Sequence record: OR567511.1
DNA: 64,000 nucleotides
From: Enterobacter phage vB_Ent31
Reading direction: 5' to 3' (one strand)
Under the pieces are notes generated by a model that was not told where the DNA came from, did no database searches, and was given only the letters and a program-made list of their open reading frames with translations. A program made the translations under genes and the position numbers. Shown one piece after another: positions 57,851 to 64,000 of this stretch. How positions within the stretch are numbered: the first letter of the stretch is position 1; the number at the start of each line of letters is the position of its first letter.

Positions 57851-58495
57851 TTACAGAGTGTCAACAGCGTGGATGATGTTTTCAATGTTTTCCTGAGTAC
57901 GTGGAATGTCCAGGTATACATTGCCATTTTTAGAATGTTTAGCAACCATTCCGAGGTCTTCGAAGTGTTTAACTTGTTCTTCAGTCATTTTGTAACCGGA
58001 GATACGGAAGTTACCTTTGTTTGATACCTCGAAGCTACGAATACCGAAAGTGCGTTTTTCAAGTACCGCGATGAAGTTGCTACGATAGACGTCCAGTTTT
58101 TTGATTGTGAACAGATTATCTTTTGTTGCCAGAAGCTCCATCATCAGATTTTTGTCTGCTTCCATCTGGTCAGTAATCGGACGAGCTTTACGAGTATTAC
58201 GTTTTTCAAGAAGTTCTGGTGCATTTTCTTCTGCGTAGATAACTGCTGCCTGGTTGATGATTTCTTGACCTTCAGCAGATACAATCAGACCATCACCTGA
58301 TTTTTCAATCAGACCTTTCTTAATCAGAACACCGATGTTGCTGTTAACTGAAGCAGCTGAAAGTTTATCTGCCAGAACGTCACGAACTTCAGAAGAAGTA
58401 ATGAAGTCTTTCTTAGCGACTACAATCAGAACGTTTGCAGCATTTTCAGAGATAGAGTTTTCAGAAGCTTTAACGATATAGATTACTTTAGACAT
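57851..58495 (-). CDS. motA: MotA middle-transcription activator
   Basis: trimmed to MSKVIYIVKAS… (214 aa; T4 211 aa); matches T4 MotA over whole length (…KKDFITS.EVR.V…SNIGVLIKKGL.EKSGDGLI…YAEENAPELL.KR.TRKAR.IT… GNVYLDI.R..ENIE.). Confidence 0.9.
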   Translation of the reverse strand: MSKVIYIVKASENSISENAANVLIVVAKKDFITSSEVRDVLADKLSAASVNSNIGVLIKKGLIEKSGDGLIVSAEGQEIINQAAVIYAEENAPELLEKRNTRKARPITDQMEADKNLMMELLATKDNLFTIKKLDVYRSNFIAVLEKRTFGIRSFEVSNKGNFRISGYKMTEEQVKHFEDLGMVAKHSKNGNVYLDIPRTQENIENIIHAVDTL

Positions 58496-58531
58496 TTTGT
58501 TTCTCCAGGTTCTGTATTTGTTTTGATGAGA

Positions 58532-58569
58532 TAATAGTATCAAACTTTTAAGCCGATGTAAACGGTTAT
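58532..58569 (-). promoter_or_regulatory. early promoter cassette, copy 9 (upstream of motA)
   Basis: same consensus. Confidence 0.6.
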
Positions 58570-58606
58570 AGTTTAGCACCTTCCGAAAAAGATGCTATCA
58601 AACAGC

Positions 58607-58900
58607 TTAACCTCGGAAGAAGTCTGCGAAGAGCTTCTTCGCTTCGTTCAGAGTTTCAGCAACATCTTCAACTTCTGCATCAAGCACTGCTACCATGTCA
58701 TAGTTGTTGACGTATACCCATATCAGCACGTAGTTTTCGCTTTCGCTGTTATACCAAATTGTCAGATAGCTATTGCTATCAGTGTTTGATGAGTGAAGGC
58801 GTGCTGCATGCATTGCGTCGTCAAGGTCAACACCTGAGTTAGCCAGTAAAGCATTTAAGTTATTGATTAAAGTTTCCATAATTTCCTCATTTTGAAACAT
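58607..58900 (-). CDS. hypothetical 97-aa acidic protein
   Basis: ORF. Confidence 0.4.
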   Translation of the reverse strand: MFQNEEIMETLINNLNALLANSGVDLDDAMHAARLHSSNTDSNSYLTIWYNSESENYVLIWVYVNNYDMVAVLDAEVEDVAETLNEAKKLFADFFRG

Positions 58901-59150
58901 AAGCTTCTAAGACTTCTTCAAATTCGCCTTCAAGTTCAGGGCATCCTGCGAAATCTGCCTCTAAAGTTTCTAAATCAATCAGAACTTCAGTTAAAATGTA
59001 TTGACTTTCATTATGGTCATAAACCATAGCCCAATAACGTGCTTGAGTATTCTTGTCAATTGACATTCTGTTAAATTTAACATAAGCGAAATCAGAAGTT
59101 TCCGCGATAATACCAGCATTTGTTAAGGCAGCAACGATAATTGAAATCAT
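58887..59150 (-). CDS. hypothetical 87-aa acidic protein
   Basis: ORF; early promoter copy 10 upstream. Confidence 0.4.
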   Translation of the reverse strand: MISIIVAALTNAGIIAETSDFAYVKFNRMSIDKNTQARYWAMVYDHNESQYILTEVLIDLETLEADFAGCPELEGEFEEVLEAYVSK

Positions 59151-59178
59151 TTTGTTTACTCCGTTTGGTTTTGATAGA

Positions 59179-59216
59179 GCTATAATACCATAAGCAAACG
59201 ATGATGTAAACGGTTG
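59179..59216 (-). promoter_or_regulatory. early promoter cassette, copy 10
   Basis: same consensus; -10 TGGTATTATAGC. Confidence 0.6.
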
Positions 59217-59335
59217 AGTTAAAGAATTTTTAAAGTTAACCAGAACGGTTGAGGGATTGTGCGTAGAAAGGATGATTAATTATATGGACTCGGCTCTAGA
59301 ATTAACTAGAGCCGTTTAGAGTGATACAGAAGCTC

Positions 59336-60715
59336 TTAGAGAGCCTCCAGGTCCTTCATATACTCAATTTCTGGAGTAGTTTCTTGCCAGTACTTTAGCT
59401 CAGCTTTCAGGTCTTTAGCTTGTTGAGCAAGTTTCTTTGCTTCGTCACTTGTGATGTGATAGATGTTCATTGACACTAACTTGTCAACAAATGGTGCATA
59501 AGTTGGACGAGATTCAAGTTCAGAAGTCAGTTGTTTACGAGTTTTGCCTTGAATGACAATACTACCTTCAATAACTTCTTTGATGAACATCGCTTTAGCC
59601 AAAGCTAATTTGAATGCTTCATCACATTCTTTGATTTTGTGTTCAATTCGTTTGACGATGTAAGTCTTACGAACTTCCACAAAGTGTTTGATGAGTTCAG
59701 AAGAACTTTGGAACTTATCGTTCAACTTTCCGTTTTCATCAATGACCACGATGAATTGAGACATTTTCTCAACCAATTTGAAATCACGCATGATTTTCTC
59801 ATGGCGCTGTTCATTATCTTGGCCAAGCATATAATCTTTCTTGAACTTAACTTTAAAGCCGAAGCCGGTCTTTGAACAGTCATCTACATAAGAGATGAAG
59901 TTCTTATCTACCATTGGCTCAAGTACTTTTTCCACATAAGTTTCACGGTCAAACTTAGCCGGAATTTCACTGATGTACATTTGAGATGCTGAAGTGAACT
60001 TATAAAGACCACGACATTCAATTGACCCATCTTCAAGACGAACTACTTCACCGCGGAATTGTGGAATTTGAACTTCTGGTTCTTTATCCAGCTTTCCTTG
60101 AAGAGCTAATTTAGTGCATTCAACTACAGATTCAAAACTATGAGGAAGAATCTTAGTAGCATAGCCAGTTGCAATTCCCTGTACACCGTTCAGAAGAACA
60201 GTTGGAATAATTGGAAGATAGAACGCAGGCGGAACATGCTCTTTATCTTTATGCTCAGGAGCAATTTCAGTGTCTTTATAGACCTTACGGAAATTGTCAG
60301 AGATACGACAGAAAATATAACGAGATGCTGCTGCTTTTTGAACCAGACGAGAACCAAAGTTACCTTGACCATCCAGAAGAGGATAGTTGTTGTTCCACGT
60401 GTTAGCCATAAGTGCACCAGCATCTTGTGCTGAGCCTTCACCGTGGTGATAACCGAGGTCAGCAACACCACCTGCCACAGAAGCCAATTTATGGAATTTT
60501 TCTTTATTACCACGAGACAAATCTAGTGCACGAGCAATAACAAATCGTTGAACTGGCTTGAAGCCATCAATTAAGTTAGGAATTGCACGGTTTTCTACTG
60601 TGTAGATTGCAAATTCTTTGGCTTCATTGTCAATGATGCTTTGAAGGTTTCTTACATTAAGTTGACCAACAGAGTCATCGAGTTGTTTAGACATCATGTC
60701 AAAAATAGTTGTCAT
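59336..60715 (-). CDS. 52: Topoisomerase II medium subunit gp52
   Basis: ATG at 60715 (track start is TTG); matches T4 gp52 (…SIIDNEA…YTVENRAIPN.IDGFKPVQRFVIARALDL.RGNK.KFHKLAS.AGGVADLGYHHGE.SAQDAGALMANTWNNN.PLLDGQGNFGSR…). Confidence 0.92.
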   Translation of the reverse strand: MTTIFDMMSKQLDDSVGQLNVRNLQSIIDNEAKEFAIYTVENRAIPNLIDGFKPVQRFVIARALDLSRGNKEKFHKLASVAGGVADLGYHHGEGSAQDAGALMANTWNNNYPLLDGQGNFGSRLVQKAAASRYIFCRISDNFRKVYKDTEIAPEHKDKEHVPPAFYLPIIPTVLLNGVQGIATGYATKILPHSFESVVECTKLALQGKLDKEPEVQIPQFRGEVVRLEDGSIECRGLYKFTSASQMYISEIPAKFDRETYVEKVLEPMVDKNFISYVDDCSKTGFGFKVKFKKDYMLGQDNEQRHEKIMRDFKLVEKMSQFIVVIDENGKLNDKFQSSSELIKHFVEVRKTYIVKRIEHKIKECDEAFKLALAKAMFIKEVIEGSIVIQGKTRKQLTSELESRPTYAPFVDKLVSMNIYHITSDEAKKLAQQAKDLKAELKYWQETTPEIEYMKDLEAL

Positions 60716-60720
60716 ATTAC

Positions 60721-60858
60721 CTACCAAATTAATGAAGAGAGTTGTACTATAACATCAGAAATGAAAAGCACAATAGACACGAGCCCGTAAAGAACTCCAT
60801 AATAAAGAATTAATGCCAAAACAGCGGCCACTAGGACCGCAATCAGAACTTTTTTCAT
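60721..60858 (-). CDS. small hydrophobic membrane ORF (45 aa; not in track)
   Basis: MKKVLIAVLVAAVLALILYYGVLYGLVSIVLF… single TM; ac/stp-region of T4 map. Confidence 0.3.
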   Translation of the reverse strand: MKKVLIAVLVAAVLALILYYGVLYGLVSIVLFISDVIVQLSSLIW

Positions 60859-61005
60859 AATTTAAAAATTACAAAATAAAGAATTAAAATAGACATCAGA
60901 GCGGATGAAAGCCTGTAGCCGGCAAGGTACCTGTAATGAATAATAGAGTCATCGCAGTCCAGACACAACATAAGAATGCTTTCATTAGTTATTTGCTTCA
61001 CGAAT

Positions 61006-61143
61006 CAGGGCACAAATACATGAAATAACCCAGGCAACAAACATAAAACCGATAAACGTTGCTGACGGAACCCATGCACCCGTGAAGTAACATATAGTGC
61101 AAACAATTGCCGCGATTAATTCAATAAAAGCGATAAGGACCAT
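61006..61143 (-). CDS. small hydrophobic ORF (45 aa; not in track)
   Basis: MVLIAFIELIAAIVCTICYF…; start ATG overlaps stop of upstream small ORF (TAATG). Confidence 0.25.
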
Positions 61144-61298
61144 TATTTAATCACCCCACATAAAATAGCCAGACGTTCTAAAGCCAGGATAGCCACACCG
61201 TATGCAACCATCCCAACAATACCAGGTGTAAGAGGGGCACCTAAAAACAAGAAGGTGCCTACTACAAACATCATGCCTATCAGATAAAGATAGGCCAT
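61143..61298 (-). CDS. small membrane protein (51 aa; not in track; replaces spurious 61147..61350 ORF)
   Basis: MAYLYLIGMMFVVGTFLFLGAPLTPGIVGMVAYGVAILALERLAILCGVIK two TM helices. Confidence 0.35.
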   Translation of the reverse strand: MAYLYLIGMMFVVGTFLFLGAPLTPGIVGMVAYGVAILALERLAILCGVIK

Positions 61299-61315
61299 AC
61301 ATCTTAAGGCATCCA

Positions 61316-61762
61316 TTAGTAGTTCTGCAGGATGAATTTGAAGTTGTCATTCAGCATACGATTCATTTCTTCCAGGTTCTGGTAAGAATCGTTGTGTTTA
61401 CGAGTGAATGCCAGAGCCAATTGGCCTTTACCAAAACCAGTAGTCAGAGGCTTCATTTTGTCAGCTGGGATGAAGTACACATCGTAAATGACGTTATTTG
61501 AACGCATAGTACGACCCAGCTGAGAACGACCCTGACGAATTTGTGACAGAACGTTCAGGAAACCGGACTTAGAACGCTGACGGCCGACGTAGAATCGTGC
61601 TGCTACTGCACGCCAAGCTGAAGCGCCTTTAACCATGAAGTAGAAACCAGGTTCAGCCAGAACAGATGGGTCAACATATCCTACAGTTTCACCGTTTTTA
61701 ACAGTACACACAACAGTTGCACCAACAGCTTCAAGGTCACCACGAGTCATATAATCACGCAT
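61316..61762 (-). CDS. ndd: Ndd nucleoid disruption protein
   Basis: matches T4 Ndd (…PGFYF.V… ARFYVG.QRSK.GF..VLS.IRQ.RSQL.RT…N.V.Y.V…[23 protein letters not shown]…[17 protein letters not shown]); ATG 61762 after GAGGAAAA. Confidence 0.88.
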   Translation of the reverse strand: MRDYMTRGDLEAVGATVVCTVKNGETVGYVDPSVLAEPGFYFMVKGASAWRAVAARFYVGRQRSKSGFLNVLSQIRQGRSQLGRTMRSNNVIYDVYFIPADKMKPLTTGFGKGQLALAFTRKHNDSYQNLEEMNRMLNDNFKFILQNY

Positions 61763-61817
61763 ATCATTTTCCTCAATCAATTAAAAGTTTATCCTCATTG
61801 GGCCCGAAGGCCCTAAA

Positions 61818-62024
61818 TTAAAGCTCAGAACCTTGCTTAACACCGTTCATCAAAACTTCTGCAGCACCTTTTAAGCCTTCAGTTTGAATAACATGAACAA
61901 TTTCAACAGTCGCCCAAATGCTAAAACCAATTCCAACAAAAACCATGATAGCTATAATGGAAAAGAAAATCCAGAAAATCTTTTGCATTTTATCCATGCG
62001 CGAGCTATAAACTTTGCGACCCAT
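61818..62024 (-). CDS. hypothetical 68-aa membrane protein
   Basis: ORF with TM helix. Confidence 0.4.
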   Translation of the reverse strand: MGRKVYSSRMDKMQKIFWIFFSIIAIMVFVGIGFSIWATVEIVHVIQTEGLKGAAEVLMNGVKQGSEL

Positions 62025-62180
62025 AATATTTTCCTCAGAAGTTAATCCATGCCATTACGACATCATGTGCTAAAGCAAATGCGAAGGCTCCAAAGAGCAC
62101 CATCAGAAGAGTTAAAGTCCAGATAGCTTTGAAAATCTTTTTGATGATGTTCATTTGTTTCTCCGTTAGTTGATTTCTAG

Positions 62181-62218
62181 TCTATAGTATACCATCTAAC
62201 GGAGGATGTAAACGGTTG
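62181..62218 (-). promoter_or_regulatory. early promoter cassette, copy 11
   Basis: same consensus. Confidence 0.6.
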
Positions 62219-62220
62219 AG

Positions 62221-62778
62221 TTAAAGATTTAGATACCAGCCCTGGTAGTTGCTCTTACGAACAACTGATTTGAGGTCTTCATGGTCTCCAGCGAACTTTA
62301 GGGTAAACTGGTAAACACCAGACGAACTTTCTACTACATCTAATATGATAATACAGTCCGCGACTCTATGTGTCAAGAAGGGTCCTAGGTTTATCCCTGA
62401 GCCACCGGGATAGTCTCCTGAATAGCCAGTAGTGACTGAAATCCACTTTGAATCTGACTGATGAGTTTTCACCTCAATCCGGAGCCCACAAAATCGAGGA
62501 TGAGCAAGAACGTCCCAGGCATAAGTGTAAGGGTCATCATGATTTTCCTGACCGCCCGCAACATAACCATCCATCCAATCGGCAACAGTTCGTTCAGCAA
62601 GTTGAGCAATTGCACATCGCTTGTGTACAGCAGCTTTATCTTGGTCAGGGTCTTGACTCATAGAATAAGCTGCTGTATCCTTGATTTTTACTCTGTCGCT
62701 TGAAGTTAAACTATTGAACGACCGGGTAAAAGTCTTCAGGGCTTTCAATCTCATCAACCCGGGATTCGATTTTTGCAT
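62221..62778 (-). CDS. denB: DenB-like (endonuclease IV) by position and size
   Basis: 185 aa from ATG 62778 (AAGGTGA RBS), equal to T4 DenB length; located between ndd block and rIIB; sequence identity not verified. Confidence 0.4.
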   Translation of the reverse strand: MQKSNPGLMRLKALKTFTRSFNSLTSSDRVKIKDTAAYSMSQDPDQDKAAVHKRCAIAQLAERTVADWMDGYVAGGQENHDDPYTYAWDVLAHPRFCGLRIEVKTHQSDSKWISVTTGYSGDYPGGSGINLGPFLTHRVADCIIILDVVESSSGVYQFTLKFAGDHEDLKSVVRKSNYQGWYLNL

Positions 62779-63079
62779 ATTCACCTTCTTCATTTTTGAA
62801 AATAGCATCTGTCACGTGTAAAGTGCCATAATAGATTCTGTCATTATGATTGAGTTTGCTTAAATCAAGCTCTTTCAACTCATCTTCGGACATGATTACT
62901 ACATCATCGCAGTACAGACACCCTGATGCTTTATTATCTCCTACGAATAGGTCTTTACAATAAACAACACCTACATAATGATTACCATGCAAGTAACTAT
63001 CTTTAATACTTTTATCACTAACACTCATTTGATTAATCATAAGTCTTCCCAAAAATAAAGGGCCCGAAGGCCCTTTCAT
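62711..63079 (-). CDS. hypothetical 122-aa protein (denB.1 position)
   Basis: ORF; GGGCCCGAAGGCCC hairpin upstream. Confidence 0.4.
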   Translation of the reverse strand: MKGPSGPLFLGRLMINQMSVSDKSIKDSYLHGNHYVGVVYCKDLFVGDNKASGCLYCDDVVIMSEDELKELDLSKLNHNDRIYYGTLHVTDAIFKNEEGEYAKIESRVDEIESPEDFYPVVQ

Positions 63080-63981
63080 TAGATATAAGAATCAGTTTCT
63101 TGGTTGTATTCCGCTTCACGGATTACTTTGTACTGGCAAGTACGCATTTTAGCGTTGTTGTAATCTACCGGGATAGATACTACGTCGCGTGGATGTACTT
63201 TAACAACTACCAGACGGTCATTACCACCGCGGAAGTGTTTGATGTAACTACGAGCGCAAACATGAAGACCAGCTTCACAGGTACGATTTTCATCTTCAAC
63301 TACGTGAGTGCGAGGCATTTTAACTACTCGGCCTACGGAGTTATCAAAACGACCAGTATAGCAGTCAGTGTAATCGTTGCGGATAACTTTCCATGCCAGG
63401 AAATGACCATCTTCAGTGATTTCGATGTCGTTGGCCTGAAGGAAGTCGAACAGACGAGTCACTGCAGTTTTGCTTGGGTTTTCCAGAAGATTTTCCAGGA
63501 ACGGCAGATAGAATTCAAAATCTTCACCATTCTGCATATCATTGATGATGCGGTCAACCAGACCAGATTTGATTTCGATGTCCTGGTAGAACAGCTGGCC
63601 ATTTTCAATGCTAATGTTACCATCAACATAAGAAGTGATTGCCTTCTCAATGTTAATCAGATTAATTGCTTCTTCAAATTCGCCATCAACACACAGCTGA
63701 AGAGCTTGTTTGAAGTTCGGATGGTCTTTATCTGCTGCATAGGTATCACGACCATAAGTAATAGACAGGAACTTAGAAGAACCGGCCCATACAACATCTT
63801 CTGGTCTGAATTCAACCTTTGGAGCTTCTACTTCTGTAGCGCTTCCTGCTGCGGTTTTGATTTCTTTGACTACTCGACGCACAGTGTCGATAGAACAGCT
63901 GAAGAATTTTGCAACTTCTTCTTGGGTGTAACCACCCATATAAGCATCATAGATTTCACGCTTTTGCGCTGCATCAAACAT
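63079..63981 (-). CDS. rIIB: rIIB membrane-associated protein
   Basis: 300 aa; C-terminal two-thirds near-identical to T4 rIIB (…GEDFEFY.PFLENLLENPS..AV.RLFDFL.ANDIEITEDG.F.AWKV.R..Y.DC… RVVKVKVHPRDVVSIP.DYN.AKMRTCQY.V). Confidence 0.9.
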   Translation of the reverse strand: MFDAAQKREIYDAYMGGYTQEEVAKFFSCSIDTVRRVVKEIKTAAGSATEVEAPKVEFRPEDVVWAGSSKFLSITYGRDTYAADKDHPNFKQALQLCVDGEFEEAINLINIEKAITSYVDGNISIENGQLFYQDIEIKSGLVDRIINDMQNGEDFEFYLPFLENLLENPSKTAVTRLFDFLQANDIEITEDGHFLAWKVIRNDYTDCYTGRFDNSVGRVVKMPRTHVVEDENRTCEAGLHVCARSYIKHFRGGNDRLVVVKVHPRDVVSIPVDYNNAKMRTCQYKVIREAEYNQETDSYI

Positions 63982-64000
63982 TTTAACAACAGAGACTTTC

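Noticed and set aside
61147-61350. 67-aa Cys/Trp-rich minus-strand ORF from the track
   Set aside because: A different frame (61143..61298) gives a clean two-TM mini-protein with ATG, coupled to the next ORF. The track ORF looks like a frame shadow.

Overview
This window is a contiguous, densely packed segment of a T-even (T4-like, Tequatrovirus-type) phage genome. Almost every large ORF aligns by eye to a well-known T4 protein, and gene order is syntenic with the T4 map. In increasing coordinate the order is: 3' end of gene 23 (major capsid), 24, rnlB, hoc, inh, uvsW, uvsY, baseplate genes 25, 26, 51, 27, 28, 29, 48 and 54, alt, 30 (DNA ligase), the block of small '30.x' ORFs, rIII, 31, cd, pseT, spanins, alc, rnlA, denA, nrdB, nrdA, td, frd, 32, 59, 33, dsbA, rnh, long tail fibre genes 34, 35, 36 and 37, a T2/T6-type gp38 adhesin, holin t, asiA, motA, 52, ndd, a denB-like gene and rIIB. 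Regulatory architecture is typical T4: 11 copies of a near-identical sigma70-type early promoter cassette (shared 11-mer GATGTAAACGG on the minus strand), several MotA-box middle promoters, TATAAATA late promoters (some divergent and palindromic), and many UUCG/GAAG-tetraloop hairpins, including a recurring GGGCCCGAAGGCCC element. td and nrdB are intron-less, but there are two free-standing GIY-YIG homing-endonuclease genes. Departures from the T4 blueprint, and so the best candidates for something new, are: a translationally coupled SLOG/DprA-like Rossmann protein after rnlB; two tandem paralogous small ORFs inserted exactly at the normally overlapping td/frd junction; a ~317-nt GC-rich, hairpin-rich non-coding region between rIII and the next ORF; direct repeats downstream of gene 32; extra ORF sets in the pseT-pseT.2 and asiA-motA intervals; and a tail-fibre host-range module in which gp37 has a self-cleaving chaperone-like C-terminus and gp38 carries a slip-prone (GGC)6 tract. 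No CRISPR array, tRNA or rRNA was found.
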